Positions 46,021 through 56,683 of a stretch of DNA of 64,000 nt are shown here, one piece after another (within the stretch, counting starts at the first letter, position 1; each line of letters opens with the position of its first letter). A model generated the notes under the pieces. It did no database searches. It was not told the origin of the DNA and was given only the letters and a program-made list of their open reading frames with translations. Where the stretch lies: the IMG/VR virus record IMGVR_UViG_3300044646_001246. One strand, written 5' to 3'. A program made the position numbers and the translations under genes. This DNA is from an uncultured virus (IMG/VR IMGVR_UViG_3300044646_001246) (taxonomy: Duplodnaviria > Heunggongvirae > Uroviricota > Caudoviricetes).

Positions 46021-46644
46021 ATGTCTGAATACGAGCCAGGACAAGACCCATTCTCAGTGAGCGGGTCAACATCAGAAGCCACGAAGGATGATGCCCACAA
46101 GGGCGGTGGCGGTGCCGGAGTTGCCAAGCCCGGCATGTACCATGTGATGGTTGAGTCTGTGGAATTCAACCCACAGGACAAGACGCCGAACGTGCGTGCG
46201 ATCATGAAGGTTCTGTCCGGAACTGAAGAGTCCGAGATCGACAAGCGAATTTATCATCGAATCTACTTTAAGAAGGCCGACACGGAAGAGAAGGAACAGA
46301 AGCGGTTTCTCGCACTGGTCACGTTCCTGTTTGAGTTCGGCGTGCTGGCTGAATCAGAAGCATTCGGCAAAGAGAACGTCGTTCTGACGAAGGCGATGTT
46401 CGAACGCCTCGAAGGCTGTCAGGCTGTCGTCAAAGTCCAGCTTGAGAAGGCGTCGGAGTACAAGGACAAGGAATCCGGCGAGATGAAGATGGGCAAGGAT
46501 TCCTACAAGATCCTGTGGAACAACGACGTGTGGAACATCCATCACGAGCATGTAAAGGACGTGCCGAAGGACTGGGCGATTGCAAACTACGCCCCGGCAC
46601 CACGGACGGCGGATCAGAACGCAGCGGATCTGGCGGATATTTAG
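46021..46644 (+). CDS. phage ssDNA-binding protein (DUF669-like)
   Basis: PGMYHVMVESVE OB-fold pattern; follows the Sak4-like gene. Confidence 0.55.
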   Translation: MSEYEPGQDPFSVSGSTSEATKDDAHKGGGGAGVAKPGMYHVMVESVEFNPQDKTPNVRAIMKVLSGTEESEIDKRIYHRIYFKKADTEEKEQKRFLALVTFLFEFGVLAESEAFGKENVVLTKAMFERLEGCQAVVKVQLEKASEYKDKESGEMKMGKDSYKILWNNDVWNIHHEHVKDVPKDWAIANYAPAPRTADQNAADLADI

Positions 46645-46690
46645 AGTTTACCTGTATGGGTAATCGCTGAAGTGTGTTCAACCTTTGTGT

Positions 46691-46748
46691 AAGCAGGGCG
46701 GGTGTTTGCGTTTGCCCGGTAAGGCCGCCCGTCCTGCTTTTTCTTTTC
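46691..46748 (+). terminator. intrinsic terminator-like hairpin
   Basis: AAGCAGGGCGGG/CCCGTCCTGCTT plus T tract. Confidence 0.6.
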
Positions 46749-46767
46749 ACTCGAAAGAAATCTTTCC

Positions 46768-47832
46768 ATGACCAGTCCATTTGAAACATCCGGATCAACC
46801 AAAGAGTTCACGTCTGCGGACGATTTGTTGCGGGAGTTGTGCGGCGATGATGAAGCGGAAGCCATTATTCGAAATGAAACCGAGGAACGCGCTGCGGTCG
46901 TTGAGGCGATTGAGGCAAGTGAAGCGGCGAAGACGATCGAGAATCTGGAATCTGATTCGGTGGTGGAGTCAGCCGGGGTGGGTGCTGATCGGCGAGCAGT
47001 GGCATCTGGGGAGTCTTTCGATCCATTCGAATCCACCGACGAATACCTCACTGCCCACCGAGGACAGTTCTTCATCTTCGACATCGAGACCTTTCCCGAC
47101 GAGTCCAGATTCCCCCGTCCAACCGTGACAAGCCGCGAGCGCCGCGAATGGGATCTTGCAAAACTCCAGTCGCAGAACGCCGAGATCATCGTGAAGGATC
47201 TGAAGACCGGTCTGATGCAGGAAGATCAACTGGCTGAACTTCTGCAATTGGAGAACACCAGTAAGAAGCCCCGATCCACCGTTGCCAAAGAGATCATGAA
47301 GGCAATCGAGGATCTGGACAGCGACATGAAGGACTGGCAGACGGACGGCTCGCTCGATCCATGGAAAGGCAAGATCGTTGCGTTCTCATGGTCATTCCTT
47401 GGCGAAGAGACGGTCCACACGCTGACCGCACAGAACGCGGATGAGGAACGATTCATCCTCGCCACATTCTGGGCACTGCAGTCTGTCGGCACACGCGTCG
47501 GCTACAACATTAAGGCATTCGACGATCAGTTCATTGTGGTTCGGTCGATGCTGCTGGGCGTGGAGCCATCGTGCCAGATGGAGACCGGGCGATACTCGAA
47601 GCAGTCAAAGGACATCATGCAGTTGCTGTTCCCTGACATGCAGCGTGCGAAGAAGTGCAAAGACGTTGCCGCGATGTTGGGGATCCCAGTTCCGGCCGGC
47701 GACATTGAAGGCAGTCATGTGTTCGGGTTGGTTGAGAGTGGCGACTGGGACACGCTGAGTAAGTACAGCAACAGCGATGTGGTTGTTGAGAAGGCGATGT
47801 TCCGGGTTGTGAAGAAGTATCTGCATATTTGA
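46768..47832 (+). CDS. DnaQ/PolB-like 3'-5' exonuclease
   Basis: FDIET, GYNIKAFD, Y...DV motifs. Confidence 0.85.
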   Translation: MTSPFETSGSTKEFTSADDLLRELCGDDEAEAIIRNETEERAAVVEAIEASEAAKTIENLESDSVVESAGVGADRRAVASGESFDPFESTDEYLTAHRGQFFIFDIETFPDESRFPRPTVTSRERREWDLAKLQSQNAEIIVKDLKTGLMQEDQLAELLQLENTSKKPRSTVAKEIMKAIEDLDSDMKDWQTDGSLDPWKGKIVAFSWSFLGEETVHTLTAQNADEERFILATFWALQSVGTRVGYNIKAFDDQFIVVRSMLLGVEPSCQMETGRYSKQSKDIMQLLFPDMQRAKKCKDVAAMLGIPVPAGDIEGSHVFGLVESGDWDTLSKYSNSDVVVEKAMFRVVKKYLHI

Positions 47833-47844
47833 GGGAAGGGTGGT

Positions 47845-48111
47845 GTGGTTGTGTGGTTAGAAATACTTTGGTTTGTGATTCAGGTGGCAATCGTTTGGTG
47901 GTTGGCATGGGAGGCGTTTAAGAACAGTGAGCGTGCGAATGCTCTTGCTAAGTTGGCCAAAGACACGATGGACAACAACGACGATCTGATTGCGGCCAAT
48001 ATGGAACTGCTCGAACAGTTGCAGAAGTACGAGAAGCATCCGTCGCCATTCGAAAAGCCGTTTACGAATGCACACTCAGGGATGGGAGTGAAGGATAATG
48101 TCCAAGGGTAA
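47845..48111 (+). CDS. membrane-anchored coiled-coil protein
   Basis: N-terminal TM helix. Confidence 0.6.
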   Translation: MVVWLEILWFVIQVAIVWWLAWEAFKNSERANALAKLAKDTMDNNDDLIAANMELLEQLQKYEKHPSPFEKPFTNAHSGMGVKDNVQG

Positions 48112-49084
48112 AGCCGCAGCCGCAGAACGCGATGCTTCCAGACGATCTGAAGAACTCACAGGAGTCTTTGAATCCGTCCGATGGCAGAACGAAGATGGCA
48201 CGTACATCATCGGCACGCTGCAATCCGGCCAATCTGTCAAAGGCAATGCACGCGCGGGCTCATTCATTCGGGGCTGCGAGTACACCTTCGGCGGGTTCTG
48301 GGACAGCGGCAACGGAAAGTTCGGCCCGACATTCGTTTTTAAGACCTGTCAGCCGAAAGCCCCGGTCACGCGTGAGGCTGTTGTTGCCTACCTCATGCGA
48401 CACTTGGCGGGCACTGGCTGTGGTATCGGTGAAGTCGGCATCAAGAAGATCATCACTCAGTATGGTCCCGACAAAGCGATTGACACGATCAAGAATCACC
48501 CGAAGGACATCGGCAGTTTCCTCGGGCTGGATCTGCAGAAAGCCATCGACGCGTCGAACACGATGAAGCGGATCGAGAAGTTTGAAACGACTCGCATCCA
48601 GCTCACTCAGTTATTCGAGGGGCGTGGCTTTCCTCAATCCACAGTGGAAGCCTGCATTGACACGTTCGGCGTGAATGCAGTTGACGCGATCAAGCGAGAT
48701 CCCTTCACCATGTTGGTTCGTGGGTTTCACGGGTGCGGTTTCCTGCGAGTGAACGCACTGTATGAGGCACTGAATCTTCCGAAGGCCCGGCTGAAACGCC
48801 AAGTCATCTGCATGTGGCACATGCTCACAGAGGGTAATGGCTCAGTGTGGTATGACGCAGAGTGGGTTGGCGGAAGACTCGCGTCCATGATATCCAGCGA
48901 CGTGAAGTTTGTGCGGGCAGTGAAGCTCGGCGTGCGTGCCAAGTGGCTATCAACCTTCAAATGCCCAAAGACTCGGCGGGTATGGTTGGCCAGTCGTGAG
49001 CATGCGGCGGTCGAGAATGAACTGGTTTTGACGTTGGCAGGATTCATTGATCGAGCGAGTTTACCTTTAGCGGTAGAGGTGTAA
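48098..49084 (+). CDS. N-terminal half of a RecD2-like helicase (OB and HhH-like domains)
   Basis: G.W...KFG..F, GIGEVG..KI, DPF...GCGF motifs; no Walker A. Confidence 0.75.
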   Translation: MSKGKAAAAERDASRRSEELTGVFESVRWQNEDGTYIIGTLQSGQSVKGNARAGSFIRGCEYTFGGFWDSGNGKFGPTFVFKTCQPKAPVTREAVVAYLMRHLAGTGCGIGEVGIKKIITQYGPDKAIDTIKNHPKDIGSFLGLDLQKAIDASNTMKRIEKFETTRIQLTQLFEGRGFPQSTVEACIDTFGVNAVDAIKRDPFTMLVRGFHGCGFLRVNALYEALNLPKARLKRQVICMWHMLTEGNGSVWYDAEWVGGRLASMISSDVKFVRAVKLGVRAKWLSTFKCPKTRRVWLASREHAAVENELVLTLAGFIDRASLPLAVEV

Positions 49085-49085
49085 C

Positions 49086-49580
49086 GTGATCATGGCTATG
49101 GAAAAGAAACCGAAACGCAGTCACAAAAAGGGAATGAGTGGCGGCGGCGAACGCAAGAAGAGAAAGCTCGAGTCATTCCCTGCCACTGGCAACACCAACC
49201 GCAGCCGAAAGCCCTGTCAGTCGGATGGCATGTTCATCATTCGTCTTATGCGAGCTGTGCGGATTGCCGTGTGTGCGATGCGAAAGATGAAGCACGCACA
49301 AGGCATGGGGCTGACTGATCTGTACGAGAAGTTCTCGGAGGTCAAGCAGCAGTGGGTGGATGATGTTGTCTTCTATCGAATCTGGCCGATGTTTGAGATG
49401 GATCAGCCGCTGAACATCCACGTCAAAGACATGATGCTGGTTGATGCTGAGATGCTGAAAGAGTTCAGCAAGCAGATCGGATTCGTCGCGACGAAGATTG
49501 AGTTTGATCGGTTCATGGTGGCAAAAGACAACTACAAGTTTTACTACGAGATGGACGGCGACCATGCAGACATTGGTTAA
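49086..49580 (+). CDS. hypothetical protein between the RecD2 halves
   Basis: 164 aa; basic N-terminus. Confidence 0.6.
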   Translation: MIMAMEKKPKRSHKKGMSGGGERKKRKLESFPATGNTNRSRKPCQSDGMFIIRLMRAVRIAVCAMRKMKHAQGMGLTDLYEKFSEVKQQWVDDVVFYRIWPMFEMDQPLNIHVKDMMLVDAEMLKEFSKQIGFVATKIEFDRFMVAKDNYKFYYEMDGDHADIG

Positions 49581-50898
49581 TCCGGTGGTAAGTGTTGCGA
49601 CCGCTGCGACTCTGGAGAAACGGATCGTTCTTACAGAAGAACAGGAAGCTGCGGCCGATGTGCTGAAGAAGAATCAGATTGCGTTACTGACTGGCGGCCC
49701 CGGGGTTGGCAAGACAACAGTGTTCTCGCAAGTCGCCAAGGCATTTGATCCATACACCACATACTGCTGTGCCCCAACAGGACGCGCAGCGCAGCGAATG
49801 TCAGAAGCACTGGCTGAGTCTCGCCTGAGTCTGACCGCCACCACAATCCATTCGCTGCTCGGTCCCGATCGTAACGGCCACGACAAGAAGGGGTGGGGGT
49901 TTAAGCACAACAAGCAGAATCGTCTGCCTGCTAAGACGGTCATCGCTGACGAATGTTCGATGGTGGATAACGCCACGTTTAATTCACTCGTGACGGCATT
50001 ACCTGACGATTGCCGACTGGTGATTATTGGCGACCCTGATCAGTTACCACCCGTGGGCGTCGGCGCTGCACTGCGTGACATGATCAACTCAGGAGTGATT
50101 CCGCACGCAAAGTTGACGAAGGTTCACAGGTTCGCCGGCCGAATCGCCCACGTCTGCCAGATGATTAAAGAGGGCAAGCGATGGCAGGCTTCACCAGCAC
50201 TGGACGAAAACCCAAACGCTGGAGAGTTCGGGCCTGAGAACCTGAAGCACATGGAGCGGAAGACGGCGGGTGAGTGCATCGAGGCGATGGAGCAGGTCAT
50301 CAACGCACTGGTGAAGAACCGCGGCTATAACCCGCTGGACGACATCCAGATCCTGTGCAGCCGGAATGACCAGGGGCCACTGAACCGCGTTGTGTTAAAC
50401 GAACGCCTGCAGAAGATGCTGAACCCCGAAGGCGAGAGTCTTGAGGGCGTACCCTTCCGTGTCGGCGACAAGATCATGTGCCTACAGAACGGCTACCGTG
50501 AATCATTCGCAAGTGACGGGGCTGAGAAACTCGGACAGGTCTACGTCGCAAACGGCGAGATCGGCATCGTCACTCAGATTAGCAAAAAGGATGTGCTGTG
50601 CAAGATTAACGGCACGTTCATTAAGTTCCCGCGAGGTGCATGGGACGGGCAGTTGACGTTGAGCTACGCCATCACGGTTTGGAAAGCTCAGGGTGGCGGG
50701 TTTCCTGCGTGCATCCACATGATTGACGAAGGCCGGAACGTGGACAGAAGTCTTGTCTACACCAGTTTGAGCCGAAGCAAGAGGCTGTGCTTCACGATCG
50801 GCAAGAAGATGGTGCTGGACAAGCAGTGTGAGACGGTGTTGTTGGAAGATCGGAAGACGTTGCTGAGTGAGCGATTGAGAGAAAGGGCGATGGTGTAG
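49564..50898 (+). CDS. RecD2-like SF1 helicase core
   Basis: GGPGVGKTT, APTGRAA, DECSMVD, GDPDQLPPVG, YAITVWKAQG. Confidence 0.9.
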   Translation: MQTLVNPVVSVATAATLEKRIVLTEEQEAAADVLKKNQIALLTGGPGVGKTTVFSQVAKAFDPYTTYCCAPTGRAAQRMSEALAESRLSLTATTIHSLLGPDRNGHDKKGWGFKHNKQNRLPAKTVIADECSMVDNATFNSLVTALPDDCRLVIIGDPDQLPPVGVGAALRDMINSGVIPHAKLTKVHRFAGRIAHVCQMIKEGKRWQASPALDENPNAGEFGPENLKHMERKTAGECIEAMEQVINALVKNRGYNPLDDIQILCSRNDQGPLNRVVLNERLQKMLNPEGESLEGVPFRVGDKIMCLQNGYRESFASDGAEKLGQVYVANGEIGIVTQISKKDVLCKINGTFIKFPRGAWDGQLTLSYAITVWKAQGGGFPACIHMIDEGRNVDRSLVYTSLSRSKRLCFTIGKKMVLDKQCETVLLEDRKTLLSERLRERAMV

Positions 50899-51120
50899 GT
50901 GATGAAGAATTGCGGGACGTGTTATTTCTGGATGGGTAAAACAGGGCGTTGTCATCGCCATGCGCCAAGGCCATCGACGCCAAACGAACTGCTCGATAAG
51001 CCGCCTGGACTGGGTGAAATCGATAATCTATGGGACGAGTCGTCTGTTGTTTGGCCAATCACAGAAGAGTTTGATTGGTGCGGGGAATACAAGGAGGGGC
51101 GCGATGGTGTTTCTAATTGA
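50899..51120 (+). CDS. small Cys-rich phage protein
   Basis: CGTC...C.RHAP...WP....DWCGEY. Confidence 0.7.
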   Translation: MMKNCGTCYFWMGKTGRCHRHAPRPSTPNELLDKPPGLGEIDNLWDESSVVWPITEEFDWCGEYKEGRDGVSN

Positions 51121-51274
51121 TTCATACACCTTCGCTCATAAGTCCCGGCAGAGCGATGGCAGGTGCTTGGTTTACAACCGAGTGGGTTTAGTTGGCCGGG
51201 TGATTCAGGGCGGCAGTGAGATGTTGTATTTCAGGCGTGGCTGTTACGCGTGGGAGATTTGGAATGGCGAGTAA
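51104..51274 (+). CDS. hypothetical protein
   Basis: AAGGAGG RBS; 56 aa. Confidence 0.5.
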   Translation: MVFLIDSYTFAHKSRQSDGRCLVYNRVGLVGRVIQGGSEMLYFRRGCYAWEIWNGE

Positions 51275-51773
51275 ACCCACACCCGACTTCGCCGCCTGTG
51301 ACTTCACCGTCATTGTCGACACCAGCGAACAAACGCCCTTCACCTTCCGTGAGATCGAACGCCTCAAACGCTACGGCGGCGGGACTTTGATCATCCCCAC
51401 GAAAAAAAAATCCCTATACACCGGGGACTACTCGATCGAGGGAATGGAGGATCAAGTCACCATCGAACGCAAAGAGATGGGCGACTTCTTCCATTGCTGC
51501 GGTGGTGATCGTGAACGGTTCGCCGGTCCCGGCGGCCAGTTGGATCGGCTGAACCAAATGAAGTTCGGCTGCGTGGTGGTGGAGGCTGAGTGGTCGGCAA
51601 TCATGCGAGGCGACCGCAACAGCAAGATGAGCCCGGACAGCATTCACGGCAGCGTGATTGCCTGGCAGCAGGATGAGTACCCCAACGTGAAGTGGTGGTT
51701 CTGTATGCGTAGGCATGCGGAAGTGACGACGTTTCGGATTTTGGATAGGTGGTGGAGGAAGAATGGGATCTGA
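51264..51773 (+). CDS. ERCC4/XPF-family nuclease
   Basis: VDTSEQ, TGDYS, IERK motifs. Confidence 0.85.
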   Translation: MASKPTPDFAACDFTVIVDTSEQTPFTFREIERLKRYGGGTLIIPTKKKSLYTGDYSIEGMEDQVTIERKEMGDFFHCCGGDRERFAGPGGQLDRLNQMKFGCVVVEAEWSAIMRGDRNSKMSPDSIHGSVIAWQQDEYPNVKWWFCMRRHAEVTTFRILDRWWRKNGI

Positions 51774-51840
51774 CGATTGGTAGTTGCGGTTTGCTGTTGT
51801 CTTTCTTCATCACATGAACACGTAAAAGAACCTTCCTCAC

Positions 51841-54705
51841 ATGTCCAAGATCGACGCATGGCGACAACTTCGAGAAGAGACTCTTGCAAACCTCGACATC
51901 CGCAGAGCCTACGAAGAGTTCGGCGTAAAGTTCACAGGCAAGATATCTGCGTCCAACTGGGCAGAGTGTCATGCTTTCGGCAGGGAAGACAAATCCCCAT
52001 CAGCCGCAGTGAACCTGACAACGGGCGTCTACAAAGACTTCGCGGGTGATCGGGCTTCAATCTTCGACTTCATGGTGGCGCACAACATCGCTCCATCATG
52101 GCAGGAGGCACAGGAGGAACTCGCCAAGAAGTGCGGGCTTGCCAAGAAGATCCCAAAGAAGGCCAAAGCCAAACGCACGCAGGATGTGTTGGGGTTCACG
52201 AACACATTCAACCTCGCATCCGTGGTCCCGCTGGCACGGCAGTACGGCATCGAACCACAAACGATCGCCATCACCGGCGCTCGGATGGCTCGGTATCCTG
52301 CATCATCACAGGAACCTCAGATCGTCTGTGCGTTCCCGATCTACTCCCCGATCTCGATGCTCGATTCGCCACCGGACTCCTACGTCCTGCAGTCTGGATC
52401 AGGACAACCGATCATGGTCTATCAGGGACCGGACGTTCCTGCGAAACCTGAGAAGCGGATTGTTGTCGGCACAACCGGGATCCTGAACAAGTTCGCACTC
52501 GAGAACTGGGCGGGGGCTGAGCGGATCTACAAGGTTGAAGGCTTGTCGGATATGCTGGTCCTGCAAAACTTCATCCCGGATGAGTACCGCACAAAACATC
52601 TGGTGATCACGAACGCCTGCGGATGTGATGACGGTGCCCCGGCATGGGAACTGGCGAACCACTGTGTCGGCAAAGAGATCATCATCATCCACGATGCCGA
52701 CGTTCCCGGGCAGTTTGGGAATGGCAAGGACCAATCTGGCGGCGCTCAGCGGTGGGTCAAAGCCCTGAAGGCCACTGCCAAGGTGCTGAAGAATGTCCAG
52801 CTTCCCTACGAGATCCAGTCGAAGCATGGCAAGGATCTTCGGAACTGGATTGCTGAGGAAGGCCGGAAGTATTCAGATCTGTTGGAGTTGGTCACATCTA
52901 CGCGCGATGAAATCACCAACACAACAGAGACCGGCACCGGCGGCACAACACTTCGCACGCCCACACAACAGATCCTTGACCGCTTGAGTCTGATTGTCCT
53001 CGGCCACATGGAAGGACGCACGCCTGCAATTGTGGTTTTCCACCAGAAACTTACTCGCCGCTTTGAGATTACCGATATCGATAAGTACACCTACAACAAG
53101 ATGCTGACGACGATCGGTGATGATGCGAAGAACGATATTGACCCGGCAGCAGAACCATCAAAAGCAAAGATCGGAGTAAGTCAATTAAAAGAAGCGATCG
53201 CATATGAAGCAAGTGGCCGCCGGATTTCACGAGCATCTGCCATCGGGCTCGGCATCTGGGAGATCAATCACAAGTTGATCTTCGTCGGGTCCGGCCAGTG
53301 GTTGGCGATGAATGGCGACCTGCGAACTCGGAAGGATCCTGAGATAGACGACAAACTTGTCGACTTTGGGGAAGGCAAGGAATCGTGGTACAACGAAGAA
53401 GAAATCCGGCGTTATCTTCCACACGCGACTGACAAGGCATGGCGAACTGAGGTCATGAGTGAATTCGCCGGATGGTTTGAACTCTGGGACAACTGGAGTG
53501 AAGACAAGGAGGAAAACCGCATGAAGTCGTACCTCATCGCATCACTGGCGATGTGTTCATGGCTTCAGACAATCTGGTCGTGGCGACCTTGGGTTGCGAT
53601 TATTGGGGAAACGAACTCCGGCAAAACTACGTTCTTCAAGTTCATGTCGAAGTATTTCGGCCAGCAGATGGCAGTGAATGTCGGCAATGCCACAGAAGCT
53701 GGACTGCGGCAGATGCTGGGAACAAGCTCCAGAATAATGCTGCTGGATGAATTCGAGGCGTCGAAGGAACGCCAGAAGATTCTGGACTGGCTAAAAAACT
53801 CCGGCGCGGGCGGGTCATCAGTCCGCGGGACACCTGGGCAGAAGTCCGTTTCCTCAACCATAAGTGTGATCCCATGGTTCGGGGCGACTGAAGCCGGCAT
53901 GAAGAACGAGACTGAGCGAAACCGGTATGTCCTGTTCAATATGGCATCTCGAATTGACAAGCCGTTCTTCGAACTGCCATCGGATGAACACGTAGACGAT
54001 ATGCGGTGTAAGACGCTGGCGATTCTACTGCGGGTGTGGGCAAGGGCTAAGGAGATCCACCATTACCTGAAGTCGAACTGCAATATCGACGGGATCTATT
54101 CACGGTACACGGAAAGCTATTCTCTGCCATGTGCCATGTGGTCGGCTGTTGTCGGACACACGAACGAGGAAGCGAAAGAGCTTTTCAACTACGCCATCAT
54201 GCCGATGCTGGAAGGGATTCTGTTCAACACGGAATCAGAACACGCCACGTTGGTGAATGACATCTCGTCTGCCAAGGTGTACGTCGGTCGCGGGGACACC
54301 AGAGTGGTGAATGAACTGCTGACATCCGCCAGTTACGACGCGGGCGGGGCGAATTCTGAAACACCTGAGAAAATCCTGTCTCGCGTCGGCATCCGGAAGA
54401 TGAAGGGCAGCGAGTTTCGCAAAGCCGGAATCGGTCCTGACGATCGGTACATCTTCATCGCGCATCGGATTGTGGCCAAAGAACTGTTGAAGGGTGATGC
54501 GATTGGAGAAAAGGGCATCGACCAGTTGCTGCTGCGAATCACCGGATCGTTTCACACGAAGCAACGGTTGAGCGGCGGAAGCATGCGAGGGATCGCGATT
54601 CCATGGACGGCAATGTTTTCCAAGGAAGATCAAGCGGCGGCGGCTGAAGGCGGCGATTCGTTTGTCCCGCCTGAGCATCGGTCGATTTCGAGTGATGTGT
54701 TTTAG
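51841..54705 (+). CDS. primase-helicase (Zn-binding-like, TOPRIM and P-loop domains)
   Basis: C..F..ED..PS, VEGLSD, HDAD..G, GETNSGKT, LLDEFE. Confidence 0.85.
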   Translation: MSKIDAWRQLREETLANLDIRRAYEEFGVKFTGKISASNWAECHAFGREDKSPSAAVNLTTGVYKDFAGDRASIFDFMVAHNIAPSWQEAQEELAKKCGLAKKIPKKAKAKRTQDVLGFTNTFNLASVVPLARQYGIEPQTIAITGARMARYPASSQEPQIVCAFPIYSPISMLDSPPDSYVLQSGSGQPIMVYQGPDVPAKPEKRIVVGTTGILNKFALENWAGAERIYKVEGLSDMLVLQNFIPDEYRTKHLVITNACGCDDGAPAWELANHCVGKEIIIIHDADVPGQFGNGKDQSGGAQRWVKALKATAKVLKNVQLPYEIQSKHGKDLRNWIAEEGRKYSDLLELVTSTRDEITNTTETGTGGTTLRTPTQQILDRLSLIVLGHMEGRTPAIVVFHQKLTRRFEITDIDKYTYNKMLTTIGDDAKNDIDPAAEPSKAKIGVSQLKEAIAYEASGRRISRASAIGLGIWEINHKLIFVGSGQWLAMNGDLRTRKDPEIDDKLVDFGEGKESWYNEEEIRRYLPHATDKAWRTEVMSEFAGWFELWDNWSEDKEENRMKSYLIASLAMCSWLQTIWSWRPWVAIIGETNSGKTTFFKFMSKYFGQQMAVNVGNATEAGLRQMLGTSSRIMLLDEFEASKERQKILDWLKNSGAGGSSVRGTPGQKSVSSTISVIPWFGATEAGMKNETERNRYVLFNMASRIDKPFFELPSDEHVDDMRCKTLAILLRVWARAKEIHHYLKSNCNIDGIYSRYTESYSLPCAMWSAVVGHTNEEAKELFNYAIMPMLEGILFNTESEHATLVNDISSAKVYVGRGDTRVVNELLTSASYDAGGANSETPEKILSRVGIRKMKGSEFRKAGIGPDDRYIFIAHRIVAKELLKGDAIGEKGIDQLLLRITGSFHTKQRLSGGSMRGIAIPWTAMFSKEDQAAAAEGGDSFVPPEHRSISSDVF

Positions 54706-54720
54706 AAAGGGTGGTGGGTT

Positions 54721-55293
54721 ATGGTGAATGAACAGAAGCAGCCACAGGCTGGCGAATGGTGGGAGATGGGGGAGTCAGGCGCAGAAGGCTTGCGAGTTTT
54801 TATCGTGGGGATTCCTCATGATGGTGTGGATTTCGTTTGTCAGGAGGAAGATGGAGAGCCACACATCAGGCATTTGAACGGGTGGCGACACTTGCCGGAC
54901 TGCACTGGATGGGACTCGGAATCAGATTCAGTGGAATCCCCTCACGACTGGGTAACACAGGATCGAGTGCCTCCACGTTCAGGTGTTGATGAAATCAGTT
55001 GGTCTGGATGGCTCACAGGTCATTGGATTCCCGCTCAAGGAATTTGGGCTGACCATATGCTTCATGGCAAGGCGAGAACAGAGGGTACTCTTTTTGTTCG
55101 CTGTCGCCGCAAAGATCTCCCACCGATCCCACCAGTCAAGATCCCCGTCCGCCTATGGGTTTCCGAACGCATTACATACGAACCCGGCAGCGACTGGCCG
55201 GTCAGGTGCGGAGAGAACCCGCCGTCCGGACAAGGTTCGTGGGTCGAGATCCATCCTTCACCAGACGGGTTCTTTGTCACCAAGCAGTCTTGA
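54721..55293 (+). CDS. hypothetical Trp-rich protein
   Basis: 190-aa ORF. Confidence 0.65.
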   Translation: MVNEQKQPQAGEWWEMGESGAEGLRVFIVGIPHDGVDFVCQEEDGEPHIRHLNGWRHLPDCTGWDSESDSVESPHDWVTQDRVPPRSGVDEISWSGWLTGHWIPAQGIWADHMLHGKARTEGTLFVRCRRKDLPPIPPVKIPVRLWVSERITYEPGSDWPVRCGENPPSGQGSWVEIHPSPDGFFVTKQS

Positions 55294-55315
55294 ACTGTCC
55301 GCAACTCATCACCCG

Positions 55316-55347
55316 AAGCCAGCCGTACAAATCGTGCTGGCTTTTTT
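55316..55347 (+). terminator. intrinsic terminator
   Basis: AAGCCAGC/GCTGGCTT plus T run. Confidence 0.65.
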
Positions 55348-55475
55348 AACGCCCTGCGAACTCCACACGCTTCAATACAGGCGATTCTAATCACAAGACG
55401 ACAATTCACCCGTCCTTCACCATCAAGGCTTTCTAATGACCTGCTATGAGAACCCAAATGCCGTGCCAAAGTTTT

Positions 55476-55823
55476 CTGTTCCAGCGCGGAACAGACTGGA
55501 ACAGATTTTGGAACAGGATTTTGCAGAGCCGAAACGCCTTAAACACAGAAGAAGAAGAAGAAGAACAACCAAAAATAAATAATAATAATAATACTGTTCC
55601 ACTGTTCCACTAAATAATCGAGAGACACATTAGCAGAAGAACAAAAAATAGAACAAACAATAGCACCTGTACATACGCTATGTTTTGTTATTACGTTTTT
55701 GTCTTTTTGTTCTGATATATGTCTCTATATCTTTCGAGAAGTGTGGAACAGCGTTTTTGGAGTGTAAGTCTTTTGGTGTCAATATCTTATGTGTTCCAAG
55801 CCACTGGAACCGGCGCGGAACAG
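55476..55823. repeat. candidate replication origin with eight GGAACAG/CTGTTCC repeats around an AT-rich core
   Basis: Copies at 55476, 55488, 55498, 55510, 55594, 55602, 55745, 55817. Confidence 0.6.
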
Positions 55824-55863
55824 AATTGTTTTAACTGAACACGCTGACAGCACTGAGGTAAAA

Positions 55864-56175
55864 ATGGACACGACTAGAGAATATAGGAACTCTTTCCACG
55901 TCCGGTTGAAGCCAGCCCCTGCCTTGACACTGAACACATCAACAGCAGTTGCCGACCGACTGGAGGTCTCGCCGTCCGTTGGCCCGTCTGCCGGGACGTA
56001 CCGTCGCGTGTCGGCGGAATTCATCGCCACACTCGCCGCTGAGATTGCCGCCGAGCCGGCCGGGTCTGATCGTCTCGCCCGACTGCAGGAGATCTTGACC
56101 GCCGCTCAATCCACACCCGGCGTGGACGATGTCGATCTGGGAAATTTTCCGACACTCGATCTGAGTTGGTATTGA
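55864..56175 (+). CDS. hypothetical protein
   Basis: GAGGT RBS. Confidence 0.5.
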   Translation: MDTTREYRNSFHVRLKPAPALTLNTSTAVADRLEVSPSVGPSAGTYRRVSAEFIATLAAEIAAEPAGSDRLARLQEILTAAQSTPGVDDVDLGNFPTLDLSWY

Positions 56176-56260
56176 ACATTTCATCGAACCTGCGCCTCCT
56201 GCACTCTCACGAAAGTTTTCGCATACGAAAGTTTTGTTTGGGCACGCGGGAGCGACAACC

Positions 56261-56632
56261 ATGCCATCACCAGCAGAAACCTTGAAGACTCAATTAGCCG
56301 CAGCGGATATCACATATCTTGCCACGCAGCTAAACGCCACGCTGGACATCCCGTGGGTGCCTGAGTCCTTCGAGCAGAAGTGGATCGAGTGGGTTTTAGC
56401 CAAAGCCATCTTGGTCATCCCAGAAGATCTTATCGCGTTTATCGTTGATGCTGCTGATGGTCTTACAGAGCCAGAGATTGCCGAGTACGAGGTCACAATC
56501 ACAAACCTCGTGAACAAGCTCGTCGATCTGCCAGTGCTGTCCGAGTCCATGGAAGCCGCCATCATCCGGCCTGTGGTCAATCAATTGCTTTCATTCGCGG
56601 TTCAGGGCAAGGCTTTAACGCTGGCACCGTAG
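56261..56632 (+). CDS. hypothetical protein with internal duplication (LDIPWVPESFE / VDLPVLSESME)
   Basis: GGGAG RBS. Confidence 0.7.
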   Translation: MPSPAETLKTQLAAADITYLATQLNATLDIPWVPESFEQKWIEWVLAKAILVIPEDLIAFIVDAADGLTEPEIAEYEVTITNLVNKLVDLPVLSESMEAAIIRPVVNQLLSFAVQGKALTLAP

Positions 56633-56683
56633 CCAATGGGGTCACGCCCGGAGTAGTTCATTTCCGTAAAGGGGAATCAAGTC

